A stretch of 41,104 nt of DNA from Faecousia sp. (GTDB taxonomy: Bacteria > Bacillota > Clostridia > Oscillospirales > Oscillospiraceae). Within the stretch, counting starts at the first letter, position 1. The number at the start of each line of letters is the position of its first letter. The position numbers were made by a program, and so were the translations under genes. Below, piece by piece: positions 32,969 through 41,104 of the stretch. The DNA lies in the NCBI GenBank assembly GCA_045657385.1, contig JAZOSY010000059.1:1-41104 (forward strand), given 5' to 3'. The notes under the pieces were generated by a model that made no database searches, was not told where the DNA came from, and worked only from the letters and a program-made list of their open reading frames with translations.

Positions 32969-33479
32969 CTATAATCGTCACGCCTCCCGTCGGCTCACTG
33001 CTATCATCTTGCGCCATATCCCAAACCGCTTTCAAAGCAGTTGCGACTTGCTGGAGTCCTTTTCTGTCCACAATAGAACGGACAGCAAGAATTTCTTCTT
33101 TTTCCGTTATGGTTTCCTTGGTCGGCTTGTCGGCACGCTCCATGTTCTTGTATTCAATGACCTTGGTTTTGGTTTTGTTTGTCACCTGGGTCATGTCAAG
33201 CTCCTGGACAGCTTTTTCAATCCGGGCGATAAGTTGGTCCGAAATGGCCAAAAGTTTAGTCACCCTATCAGCTTCTTGCTCAGAAACCATTTCTACAACC
33301 TTTTGTCGTGTCGCCGCCGTGATTTTGTCGTGATGTGCTTCTTTCTGCGCCTTCCAGCCTTCACGCTTGGCTCTATCTTGTAACGTATCAAACGACACGC
33401 CGTATTTCTCAGCTATTTTTCGGTAGCTTCCGCCGCCGTTAATATAATCTTCTCTTATAACTAACCAATCAACGGCCAC
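32937..33479 (-). CDS. terS: Terminase small subunit
   Basis: DW..IREDY....SYRKIAEKYGVS..TL..RAKREGW HTH; C-terminal VTIIDDIP. Confidence 0.85.
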   Translation of the reverse strand: MAVDWLVIREDYINGGGSYRKIAEKYGVSFDTLQDRAKREGWKAQKEAHHDKITAATRQKVVEMVSEQEADRVTKLLAISDQLIARIEKAVQELDMTQVTNKTKTKVIEYKNMERADKPTKETITEKEEILAVRSIVDRKGLQQVATALKAVWDMAQDDSSEPTGGVTIIDDIPKPSEAD

Positions 33480-33554
33480 GGTTCACCACCTTCCTTTTCT
33501 TCTATATCCCCTTGACCCACCCTCCCGCTTTCTCTATCGCAGGAACCCATAGTA

Positions 33555-34625
33555 TTACTCGATGTAGTGGATGGACTTCAATCTACCCGGCGCCCATTCA
33601 AAGAGCATAAAGCGCTTTATCGATTTGAAGCCTTCCTCCTCCGTCCATTCGTCGCTCTTATTGCCGCAAGCAACGTGGCGGATTTTTACGCCATATTCGT
33701 CGCGTTCGCTTTCACGGTGTAGATGACCGGCGTGTATTTCGCGCACCTTGGCGGTGGCAAACAGAACCGGATACTCCATCGTAAACCAGCCTCGCAGGCC
33801 GACGGCGTTGTCGTTCTTCTTTGCACCGTGCGTAATTCCCAGGAAGCAGCCTTCCCACCATACAACCTTTCGGTCTTTGATGGAATCGTCAACAATGGCA
33901 GGATATCGCTGCTTCAGAATCCGTGCAAACATCCAGCCAACCGTTCTATCGTGGTTACCCGGAGAATAAATTACCTCCACGGCGTTGCTATGCTCGATAG
34001 CAGCATCGATCAGGTTAAAATAAAATGCCTCGGCGTCACAGACAGCCTTATGCATATCGACTTTTTCGATCGGCGTTCCTTTTGTGGTTTTCCCTTCTGC
34101 CACGCTGTCATTGTGGAATAAATCCTGCCCCACGGGTATGACAATCTTGTCCCAGTGGCGCTCGGCGATTATCGCCAGGATCTGTTCCAGTATCCCCTGG
34201 TAGAATGCAAAATCAGCAACGCCAAAATGCATATCGAACAGAGGTATCTCCAGCATCCGGTCGGACGGCTCATACGGAACCGGCTCAATCTTTGCGGTCG
34301 GTATATACCGTTCGATCGCTTCCAGTATTTCATCGATGCGGCTCTCTGTGTGTTGCTTGATCCACGCTTGGACTACCTCTCCGCTTCCATTGACCTGAAC
34401 GGTGGACGCGTGCGGAGTGAATTTATATGCCAGGTTGGCAGCTTCCAGCTTTTCTCCGTCTGCTGTGAATTTATTCTTCCATTCTGCCATTCGGCGGCAA
34501 AACGATCTGAATGACATCGTGCCGGGTTCCACGTGCTTGTTGTAGATCTCCCGGTAGCTTACGCCATGATTTGACAGTTCCACAAACTTACGCTTGTTCT
34601 TATGCGAAATTATTCCGGCCACCAT
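33555..34625 (-). CDS. Calcineurin-like metallophosphoesterase with N-terminal HTH-like region
   Basis: DMHFG, GQDLFH, GNHD, THG and GHLH motifs; exact start uncertain. Confidence 0.85.
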   Translation of the reverse strand: MVAGIISHKNKRKFVELSNHGVSYREIYNKHVEPGTMSFRSFCRRMAEWKNKFTADGEKLEAANLAYKFTPHASTVQVNGSGEVVQAWIKQHTESRIDEILEAIERYIPTAKIEPVPYEPSDRMLEIPLFDMHFGVADFAFYQGILEQILAIIAERHWDKIVIPVGQDLFHNDSVAEGKTTKGTPIEKVDMHKAVCDAEAFYFNLIDAAIEHSNAVEVIYSPGNHDRTVGWMFARILKQRYPAIVDDSIKDRKVVWWEGCFLGITHGAKKNDNAVGLRGWFTMEYPVLFATAKVREIHAGHLHRESERDEYGVKIRHVACGNKSDEWTEEEGFKSIKRFMLFEWAPGRLKSIHYIE

Positions 34626-34636
34626 CCTTTCGTGGT

Positions 34637-34700
34637 AAAAGAAAAGAGCCGCAGATTTCTCTGCAGCTCTCATGTACTTTTCGACGATACCAATATAGCA
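34637..34700 (-). promoter_or_regulatory. Putative late promoter (extended -10 TGCTATATT) followed by a hairpin with U-tract
   Basis: TGCTATATT at 34700-34692; AGAGCTGCAGA-GAAA-TCTGCGGCTCT-TTTCTTTT; downstream of the ArpU-like gene. Confidence 0.55.
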
Positions 34701-34704
34701 TATT

Positions 34705-34917
34705 TTATTGGCTTCGTTGCGTAATCTCCCGCGCCGTTCTTTCACAAAGCACCCACGTTTCGCCTATATCCTCATAGAAAAGGATATCTTCGTCAGTGTC
34801 CAGAGAATCGTCATGTATGCCATTTACTAGAGCGTGTATGTACCATCCCATACGGAGGACGAACACCGCGTCTCCAATGTCTACACATGACTCAATTTTG
34901 TTTCTCGTTACTCTCAT
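34705..34917 (-). CDS. Hypothetical protein
   Basis: ORF overlapping the upstream gene. Confidence 0.5.
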   Translation of the reverse strand: MRVTRNKIESCVDIGDAVFVLRMGWYIHALVNGIHDDSLDTDEDILFYEDIGETWVLCERTAREITQRSQ

Positions 34918-35320
34918 TATCCATCAGTCCGTAATTGGCAGCTACCAACCTCACAAACTCTCCGTGCAGTTGCCGTGCTCGGTCGTAACCGTAGCCTACA
35001 GCAAAGGCCGCTCCGTCAAGCGTATGGCTTCGTTTCCAGTATACAAGTTCAATGATCCGCAGCCGTTCTTTGCCGTTCCATTGTCTCTGCGTAACCTCTA
35101 TGGCCCTCTTGACGGCTTCGTATTCTCTCTGCCTGGTGTGCGGCAATTCCCGGATTGCGACATCCTCCGTTCCCCGAGAAACGTCACCGCCACCAGGCAT
35201 ACCGGACATATTAGCCGTTACGGACTGTTCGTGCAGCTGCTCATATTCCTTTTTTCGTGCAGGATATGCGCGAATCATGTTACGTGCGTATCCCCACCAC
35301 GGATATCTAGGCTTACTCAC
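34892..35320 (-). CDS. ArpU/RinA-like late transcriptional activator
   Basis: R.RIIELVYW....TLDGAA..VGY....AR..H..F C-terminal HTH; last regulator before the packaging genes. Confidence 0.7.
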   Translation of the reverse strand: MSKPRYPWWGYARNMIRAYPARKKEYEQLHEQSVTANMSGMPGGGDVSRGTEDVAIRELPHTRQREYEAVKRAIEVTQRQWNGKERLRIIELVYWKRSHTLDGAAFAVGYGYDRARQLHGEFVRLVAANYGLMDNESNEKQN

Positions 35321-35516
35321 TCAGATCCTCCTTTACGATTTCGAGAAGCTCCTGCAGATCATAAAAGTCCAGCGGATTCAACCGTGTAGTATCGTGTATG
35401 CGTCCTATGCGATAATACACAGAATTCCAATGTTTGCCTAGCGCTTTTGCCGTTGGCTTTACCTTCATCCCGTGGGCGGCTAATCCCAAAATGATATCCA
35501 TGTCAAGTTCCGACAT
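35313..35516 (-). CDS. PucR C-terminal-like HTH protein
   Basis: TAKALGKHWNSVYYRIGRI...T.LNP..F.DL. Confidence 0.75.
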   Translation of the reverse strand: MSELDMDIILGLAAHGMKVKPTAKALGKHWNSVYYRIGRIHDTTRLNPLDFYDLQELLEIVKEDLSE

Positions 35517-35518
35517 AT

Positions 35519-35884
35519 TTACGCCTCCAGCCTTTCAAACATAACCTCGTAGGTCATTCCGGTGACAGCCAGCAGCTTGTCTATGTAATCCTTCCGCGGT
35601 TGCTGTTCACCACGTAGGCAGCGGCAGAGTCTGCTCATATTGTTCGTGTGCTTCTCCAGGCCCATTCTGCGCAACATCTCACTGCGGGAAACCTTGTTCT
35701 CGTTCATCCATCTGCGCAGATTGGGGAATACACACTCGTCTCCAACCGGAATATATTTACCCGACTCGCTGGTGCCACATACGCACGCAACATACTGTTT
35801 GGTCACTCCAAACTTTTCGGCAATCTCCCGGAACTTCATGCCCTGGGCTCTTAGCTCCCGCATTTGGTCTTTTTTAACTGACAT
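35519..35884 (-). CDS. Double HTH DNA-binding protein
   Basis: GMKFREIAEKFGVTKQYV plus an XRE-like second domain. Confidence 0.75.
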   Translation of the reverse strand: MSVKKDQMRELRAQGMKFREIAEKFGVTKQYVACVCGTSESGKYIPVGDECVFPNLRRWMNENKVSRSEMLRRMGLEKHTNNMSRLCRCLRGEQQPRKDYIDKLLAVTGMTYEVMFERLEA

Positions 35885-35886
35885 GG

Positions 35887-36006
35887 TTATTCCTCCCCTT
35901 CGATGTATTTCTCACAGTCTGCATTTTCAGGACACCGGACTACAACATCGGCATCCGAATACAACTTGCAGAATCCCCATGAATCGATATACGCGCAATC
36001 AAACAT
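35887..36006 (-). CDS. Small Cys-rich hypothetical protein
   Basis: AAGGAGG RBS; MFDCAYIDSWGFC...C...C. Confidence 0.55.
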   Translation of the reverse strand: MFDCAYIDSWGFCKLYSDADVVVRCPENADCEKYIEGEE

Positions 36007-36250
36007 ATCGTTCCTCCTTATTCCAGGCGCGGATGGCGCGATTCTTTCCAATCCGCGTAGGGCCGCGGCAATGACACTCCCGGCACTCAACGAAGTATTG
36101 TGTCAAGATGCCACGCTCCGGCAGTATCTTCACTGTCCACGGCTTTGGTGTTCCGCAGACGTAGCACGGCTTCTTATTGCTAACGCATTTAGGGCACGTT
36201 TCCATATTGTCAGGAATAATCGCGTCACATGATAAACAACGCTTACTCAT
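35999..36250 (-). CDS. Lar-like (restriction alleviation family) zinc-finger protein
   Basis: KPCYVCG...VECRECHCRGP...AIRAWN. Confidence 0.65.
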   Translation of the reverse strand: MSKRCLSCDAIIPDNMETCPKCVSNKKPCYVCGTPKPWTVKILPERGILTQYFVECRECHCRGPTRIGKNRAIRAWNKEERYV

Positions 36251-36349
36251 TTTTGCTCTTCCCGATGTTGATAACAAGCAATAGCACAATCACCAGCTGC
36301 AACAGGATCGCAGCCATCAGTAACCACTTCATCCTGGGTCATTCTCCTT

Positions 36350-36499
36350 TCAGAACTTGGTTTCAAGTTTTCTCCACCAATTCATATTGAAAACCAGTGC
36401 AGCAACCCAAAGAACCCAAAAATAAATGCTATTTGCAATTCCTGTTTGAAAAGCTACAAAAGCCAACATTGCGAGCATTGTTGCACTGCACATGATCAT
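36350..36499 (-). CDS. Small two-TM membrane protein
   Basis: AAAGGAG RBS; hydrophobic 49-aa product. Confidence 0.55.
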   Translation of the reverse strand: MIMCSATMLAMLAFVAFQTGIANSIYFWVLWVAALVFNMNWWRKLETKF

Positions 36500-37014
36500 T
36501 CTCCTTTCGGCGGCTCTGGCATATAGGGAACGCACTTCCAAGTAACACCTTTAATAGCGTTCATCATCGTTTTCTTCGATACGCCATACCGATCCGCAAG
36601 CATCTGGAAAGAAGTTCCCTTGTATGCTCTTTCCCATCTAGCGTCCTTGACAGCTTTCTTTGTCAGCTTTGCCATTGGCTGTTCCTCGCCAACAAAGGTG
36701 ATATTTCTGCCTTTTCGCTCTCTATCATCAATGTTGTCTTGCCTCGTTCCGATGAAAAGATGGTCTGGATTCACGCAACATGGATTGTCGCACCTGTGGC
36801 ACACTTCCATTCCATCCGGGATTCCCCCATATTTCAGTTCGTAGGAAATACGATGTGCCATCACGGTTTTCCTTGTTCCGTCAGTTCTGCTGCCTATAAT
36901 CATTCTTCCGTAGCCGTTGCGCTTGCTCCCGATCCATTCCCAGCACCCGGAAGTCTGATTGATTGCCATGTGACGGATAAGCCTTTGATAGACATTGTTC
37001 TTATTATCAATCAT
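36496..37014 (-). CDS. HNH homing endonuclease
   Basis: CWEW.G...GYG...AHRISY...VCHRCDNPCCVNPDHLF.GT..DN. Confidence 0.92.
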   Translation of the reverse strand: MIDNKNNVYQRLIRHMAINQTSGCWEWIGSKRNGYGRMIIGSRTDGTRKTVMAHRISYELKYGGIPDGMEVCHRCDNPCCVNPDHLFIGTRQDNIDDRERKGRNITFVGEEQPMAKLTKKAVKDARWERAYKGTSFQMLADRYGVSKKTMMNAIKGVTWKCVPYMPEPPKGE

Positions 37015-37388
37015 TTCAACCCCTCCGTACTGGGAAGGGGCATCCAGTGGGTGACTCTTCCTAAGTTAAGAAGTTTGGTAGAATTCAAAGCGGTTTTGAT
37101 TCTCCATCTTCGCTCAAAATCGCAATACTGTTTTCCACAGTACCCAACGAACATTGCACCATTTTTACAGAGCATTAGCACCAGTTCTTCGCCCTCAGGC
37201 AACCTCTCCGTCACGGGAATCCACTTGTGACCGACATTATTGTCGGTTGCAATGGTTACTCCGTTGGCAATAAGGTTGTCAGCAATCAACTTCCAGCCTG
37301 CTTCTATCGAAAAAGTACCACTCTTTTTCTGTTCTTCAAACTCATAGCGGTCTGCTTCTTTAAGCAACTCAATCAGCTTTTCTCTCAT
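37011..37388 (-). CDS. DUF551-family protein
   Basis: WIPVTERLPE...VTHWMPLP. Confidence 0.85.
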   Translation of the reverse strand: MREKLIELLKEADRYEFEEQKKSGTFSIEAGWKLIADNLIANGVTIATDNNVGHKWIPVTERLPEGEELVLMLCKNGAMFVGYCGKQYCDFERRWRIKTALNSTKLLNLGRVTHWMPLPSTEGLK

Positions 37389-37623
37389 CGCAAATCTCCT
37401 CCTTGAACTGTACACGATGTCCTAAATATTCAACCATCAGCCGATATGCCTTGCGTTGTGTTTCAAAATCTTCTTCTGTGGGATTGCATTCTGCCAAGTG
37501 TCCAAGTTGTTCCTTAAAAAGCACATTCTGTCTGTGAAGCTGAACAGCATTTTGGATCAGCCGAATAATCTGCGTGACAACCAATACGGTGGTGATAATT
37601 GCAAGATATGTATTCCTTCTCAC
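37369..37623 (-). CDS. Hypothetical membrane protein
   Basis: GTG start; hydrophobic helix YLAIITTVLVVTQII. Confidence 0.55.
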   Translation of the reverse strand: MRRNTYLAIITTVLVVTQIIRLIQNAVQLHRQNVLFKEQLGHLAECNPTEEDFETQRKAYRLMVEYLGHRVQFKEEICDERKAD

Positions 37624-37895
37624 TCTCTCCTTTCTCCGTCCATCTTTGCACCGCAACGACAATAAGGAAACATTGATATTGGATCACCAGAAGTAAACCT
37701 AAACCCGCAAACAGAGCACTGGTAGTCTGCCGCACTATCCAATTCATTCCACCGCCCATGCACCACTTCCACGGCTTCAACGCTCGGTGCATCTTCCATC
37801 AGCTTTCTTGCTCCACCGGGAGGGCCGATATGCACCCGGTCATATTCGGCGATTAACGCCTTGCGATCAATCAAATCCAGCTTTTCATTTGCCAT
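37620..37895 (-). CDS. Hypothetical zinc-ribbon protein
   Basis: LIDRKAL...APSVEA.EVVHGRW...CSVCG...YC.CGAKMDG. Confidence 0.75.
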   Translation of the reverse strand: MANEKLDLIDRKALIAEYDRVHIGPPGGARKLMEDAPSVEAVEVVHGRWNELDSAADYQCSVCGFRFTSGDPISMFPYCRCGAKMDGERRE

Positions 37896-37897
37896 CT

Positions 37898-38104
37898 TCA
37901 ATCCTCCCAATAGCTATTCCTATATGGTCTGTCATAATCATTGTTTGAAAGAATCCGCTGAATTGCCTTTTTCTGTCCTCTGCTCAACGCATCATAGTCA
38001 AGAGAGAAACTTTCGCAACCGCCCCTTGGATACGCTCTGCCATCATCGCAATCCCAAGAATGTCTGCTTTTGCAGTAGTCGCATACGCATTTGTCATTTG
38101 CCAT
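37898..38104 (-). CDS. Hypothetical Cys-rich protein
   Basis: GGAGGG RBS; CDYC...C...C. Confidence 0.6.
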   Translation of the reverse strand: MANDKCVCDYCKSRHSWDCDDGRAYPRGGCESFSLDYDALSRGQKKAIQRILSNNDYDRPYRNSYWED

Positions 38105-38276
38105 CTTCTGCCCTCCTGTTCCATGCTTCGATTGCTTTTTGTGGTTTCGTCCTCGTCATTTCTCCCATACAATTCGCACACTTGATTGTATATGTTGGTA
38201 CTCGGTACAGCTCCTTTGTTGTGTATTCAAGAAGATTTGTGCAACCGCAAAACGGACACGGTTTTAATTCAGCCAT
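38094..38276 (-). CDS. Lar-family restriction alleviation protein
   Basis: ELKPCPFCG...C..C...AIEAWNRR. Confidence 0.8.
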   Translation of the reverse strand: MAELKPCPFCGCTNLLEYTTKELYRVPTYTIKCANCMGEMTRTKPQKAIEAWNRRAEDGK

Positions 38277-38457
38277 CTTCATCCCCTCCGTCTAAAATTG
38301 TTATGTTACAATATTCCAAGGCAAACACGCCGTATGTATATCGATTTCCCGTTTTCAATTCCTTAACGGTGGCCATGTTGTTTTCGATCTTTACAACCTC
38401 AAACATTGCCCCATTGGCATTTCCCCGGAATATTGTTCCTGGTTTTAATTCAGCCAT
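38269..38457 (-). CDS. Small SH3-like hypothetical protein
   Basis: MAELKPGTIF...FEVVKIE. Confidence 0.6.
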   Translation of the reverse strand: MAELKPGTIFRGNANGAMFEVVKIENNMATVKELKTGNRYTYGVFALEYCNITILDGGDEDG

Positions 38458-39124
38458 TTTCTGCTCTCCCATATTTCTCCAACATTGGTGCAAAAAATTT
38501 TGCTTCTGCCTCTTCCCGTGCTTGAACCGCTTTTTCGTAATCGTAAAACGATCCCAGACAGTAACGCTTCTTTTGGAAGTTTATATACGCTCTCCACCTT
38601 TGTTTTCTAGATGACCAGTAAACGCCTTTTCGTCCGCTTGTATTGTTTTTGGGCGTTTTGCTCGTTAGTAAACACAGAGATGTGTTTTCTACCAACTCAC
38701 CCTCCAGGCGCTCAATAATACGATTTTTATTCTCTTTGGATAGGCAACCGCAGCTTCTAGTGCTGCCACTTGTTAGTGCATCGATATTAACAAATGTTGC
38801 GCCACCACAATCACATTTACACTCCCACTTAACTGATCCATTTGATGCATATTCTTCTGTTCTGCGGATAGCGGTCAAGCGCCCAAACCTCACCCCGGTT
38901 AAATCTTTAACAGTAGGCTTCACCGGAACACGGTTCTCGGATTTTTTGCACCCGCAGGATGTAGTGTGACCATTTTTTAGGTGTCCACCGGCAACTTCAA
39001 CCACTTTTCCACAATCGCACAGGCACAACCACTTAATTCTCCCGGTCTTAGATTTTAAGCTGGCCTTTTGGATCACCGTCAATCGTCCATATCTGTTTCC
39101 AGCAATATCAACAAGCCGCCCCGT
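38450..39124 (-). CDS. AP2-domain protein with tandem Cys repeats (homing-endonuclease-related, no HNH core)
   Basis: Two GRLT...W.C.CDCG...L..G.T.SCGC repeats; NNTSG.KGV.W...W.A.I...LG.F...A..AR. Start codon appears to be ACG. Confidence 0.8.
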   Translation of the reverse strand, partial: TGRLVDIAGNRYGRLTVIQKASLKSKTGRIKWLCLCDCGKVVEVAGGHLKNGHTTSCGCKKSENRVPVKPTVKDLTGVRFGRLTAIRRTEEYASNGSVKWECKCDCGGATFVNIDALTSGSTRSCGCLSKENKNRIIERLEGELVENTSLCLLTSKTPKNNTSGRKGVYWSSRKQRWRAYINFQKKRYCLGSFYDYEKAVQAREEAEAKFFAPMLEKYGRAENG

Positions 39125-39887
39125 CTTCTGCCACCCCCGTAATAAGCTCAGAATAAGGCAATCCCTCAATCCACTCGCAGAATGTATGCCAGCAATCCAG
39201 CTTGTGGTTTTTCCGGCTCTTATAGATGTTTGCCAGCACCTCATAATTCAGCATGATTGTTCTGCGCTGGTTGTAGCTGGAGGGGAGCAGCTGGATCATC
39301 TGCCACCAGTACTTCTTAGCACGCTCAGATCGTGTCGTGTTGTCCTTCGTGGGATTATGCAAGGTTGCGAGGTAGCGTTCTCTCGCATTGTTCAAAGCCT
39401 CGATGTTTGCCTTAAGCAATTCAATTGCTGATAAACCACGCCAACCTCCGCCAAGAGGATACGCAAAAGCCTCATCGTCCATCAAGTGCTCACAACTGAA
39501 GTCGCTCAGTTCAAATTCCTTTGCATGGATCTTATGCATGGTAGAACAGCTATTAGCCACCGTGCCAACCTTATAGGTGTCATACTCTTTCCACCAATAC
39601 AGAGGGGCTACCAGGTCGCAGCTTACGGTAATCATCCGCATAAACTTTCTGTGGTCTGTACCTGCCTTTCTGAGTCGGCGCATAAGGTCAAGGTCTTTTT
39701 CGCCAACAATTAACTCGGCGCATTCACCTCGGCATCCGTTGTATTCCATCCAATCATTACACGAATCGCAAAATCCCGTAGCACATCCCACATTGCTATC
39801 GCTCTGATCCCAGCTATTCATGGGGTTTCTCATGCCCCGAATAGCCGCCTCCCATCCGTAGACCTCTGTGTTCTCAATTTTTAGCAT
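39108..39887 (-). CDS. ThyX/Thy1-like protein (divergent)
   Basis: H.KFMRMI.V..D..APLYWW.E.DTY...NSCSTMH...QLLPSSY...NY..L..IY..R..H.L..W; canonical RHR motif not conserved. Confidence 0.5.
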   Translation of the reverse strand: MLKIENTEVYGWEAAIRGMRNPMNSWDQSDSNVGCATGFCDSCNDWMEYNGCRGECAELIVGEKDLDLMRRLRKAGTDHRKFMRMITVSCDLVAPLYWWKEYDTYKVGTVANSCSTMHKIHAKEFELSDFSCEHLMDDEAFAYPLGGGWRGLSAIELLKANIEALNNARERYLATLHNPTKDNTTRSERAKKYWWQMIQLLPSSYNQRRTIMLNYEVLANIYKSRKNHKLDCWHTFCEWIEGLPYSELITGVAEDGAAC

Positions 39888-40132
39888 TCGTTCTCCTCCA
39901 ATTCTTCGTCCGGATCGTCGAGGAATACCTCATATTTCCGGAGTTTAATCCCATGGTCTAACCGAACCATGTACCGGTAAAAAGAATTCTTCGTTATCCC
40001 CATAGCAGCAGCGCACTCACCCGATAATCCATGAATTATAATCGGCATGTCGTCCTCCTTGCGGTATACGGAATACCGGCGACGGTACGGCTGCTTCGCG
40101 ATAGTTCCTTCGTGCTTTTTGCGTCCGCTCAC
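39881..40132 (-). CDS. Hypothetical HTH-like protein
   Basis: YSVY....D..I..G...ECAAAMGI..NSFY. Confidence 0.6.
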   Translation of the reverse strand: MSGRKKHEGTIAKQPYRRRYSVYRKEDDMPIIIHGLSGECAAAMGITKNSFYRYMVRLDHGIKLRKYEVFLDDPDEELEENEC

Positions 40133-40442
40133 AACCCCGCCTTCTTTCTCGCAATCTCGATTCGCATATTGTACCAGCAGATATAGTAGGGCACGGCGTA
40201 TCGCATTCTTTGCGAAGGCATGTGTCACATGGCGAATGATTGACAATACGGCGCACTTCGTCCGGGTGATAATACCGCCATGCGTTCAACTTCCTTGTTG
40301 GCACTTTGAGCAGCGCCTTTAATCGTTTCCACTCATTGCAAAACCAACGCTTCCATTTCTCGCACTCATAGCCGTGATTGCAGGTTTTCTCGTTCTCGTT
40401 TTTGCAATTCAAGCAAGGGCTTGGTCTTTTAGTCGCGGCCAA
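40017..40442 (-). CDS. Hypothetical Cys-rich protein
   Basis: SPCLNC...C...C..W..W and a second SPCDTC; 3' end uncertain. Confidence 0.55.
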   Translation of the reverse strand: MAATKRPSPCLNCKNENEKTCNHGYECEKWKRWFCNEWKRLKALLKVPTRKLNAWRYYHPDEVRRIVNHSPCDTCLRKECDTPCPTISAGTICESRLRERRRGCERTQKARRNYREAAVPSPVFRIPQGGRHADYNSWIIG

Positions 40443-40578
40443 ACAATTCAGCCTCCCTCCGTGAATCGTATTCCCAATCCTCGTTCGTATCGGGTTCTTC
40501 CATGCTGGGTCCGTAGTACCAGGACGGCAATTCCCCGTCCTGCTCCATATGCCGGATGATTGGATGATCAGGAATCAT
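40429..40578 (-). CDS. Small hypothetical protein
   Basis: AAGGAGG RBS; MIPDHPIIRHMEQDG. Confidence 0.6.
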   Translation of the reverse strand: MIPDHPIIRHMEQDGELPSWYYGPSMEEPDTNEDWEYDSRREAELFGRD

Positions 40579-41104
40579 AGTCAGCCTCCTTGTCCGGGCG
40601 TTCCATGTCGTATATGATCGCATCCCTAACCGTCCGGATTTCCCGGACTGCCAGCTTGTCCAGTATGCCGTTCACATAGCCCCAGTTTCCCTTCCGCCCG
40701 GCGGCATCTGCGATGCCCATGGCATAGTCCAGCAGGGCAAGACGGTCAAAGTCAATGCGGTATTCCTGGTCATAGCCGGTAAGGGTTCTGTTAATTACAA
40801 CCAGGCAATCGGCCGGGACGTAATCTCTGCCTAGGTGTTTTCTGACAAGCGCCTGCGTTTGGTCCACGATCTGCTGCACAATCCCTGACGTGATTCCGGA
40901 ATAGACTCCGGGAACCAAGCCAATCAAACTGAGCTCTTCATCGGTTGCCTCGCGCGCCATATCACCATCACCATCATCACTTATATAACATTCGTTCTCT
41001 ATCTCTATCTCTTTCTCTATCTCTATCTCTTTCTCTATCTCTTTCTCGCTTCCGGTTTGCTTGCCGTTTGCTTCCGGTTTGCTTCCGGTTTGCTTTGCGC
41101 TTCC
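40568..41104 (-). CDS. Replication initiator, C-terminal part with DnaD-like domain
   Basis: YAM..A......NWGYVNGIL.......IRTV.D motif; joins 77-390 in frame. Confidence 0.8.
   Translation of the reverse strand, partial: GSAKQTGSKPEANGKQTGSEKEIEKEIEIEKEIEIENECYISDDGDGDMAREATDEELSLIGLVPGVYSGITSGIVQQIVDQTQALVRKHLGRDYVPADCLVVINRTLTGYDQEYRIDFDRLALLDYAMGIADAAGRKGNWGYVNGILDKLAVREIRTVRDAIIYDMERPDKEADYDS
41018..41104. repeat. Terminal direct repeat, copy of 76-162
   Basis: Identical 87 bp. Confidence 0.95.

Noticed and set aside
77..41104. Diversity-generating retroelement, retron or group II intron
   Set aside because: No ORF with reverse-transcriptase motifs, and no TR/VR repeat pair found by eye, including for the LRR and fibre genes.
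77..41104. CRISPR array or stop-codon recoding
   Set aside because: No repeat-spacer array was seen. Genes are full length in the standard code and neither tRNA is a suppressor.

Overview
This window is a complete, circularly closed temperate siphophage genome of about 40,942 bp. Positions 76-162 equal 41018-41104, and the replication-initiator ORF reads in frame across that junction. The first 76 nt are an MGI/BGISEQ sequencing adapter and are an artefact. A Firmicutes-type LexA box, strong AGGAGG ribosome-binding sites and an A118-like head/tail gene set point to a Bacillota host, probably Clostridia. Almost all genes lie on the minus strand. The early region holds xis, a tRNA(CAT), a Sak/Rad52-like annealase, SSB, RusA and a DnaD-type initiator with iterons. 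The lysogeny module holds divergent promoters with operators, a CI without a peptidase domain, a tyrosine integrase and an intact attP matching tRNA-Lys(TTT). Lysis, tail, head and packaging modules and a nin-like accessory region complete the genome. Five observations stand out. (1) A self-contained seven-gene cassette (24.5-27.7 kb) inside the head module encodes a Cys-His-Asp peptidase, an HTH regulator with a helically phased repeat array, a leader/Gly-hydrophobic/coiled-coil protein, a C1q/BclA-like protein and others, and ends in a structured RNA and a terminator. (2) Three unannotated, related ~40-aa microproteins lie antisense to cI, one behind a LexA box. (3) A probable -1 frameshift extends the major capsid protein, and its first new codons (GGA ATA) match the two phage tRNAs. 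(4) A kissing-loop RNA and an antisense sRNA sit in the early region. (5) A BspA-like LRR cassette lies between the portal and minor head genes. All family assignments come from motif recognition by eye, not from database searches.
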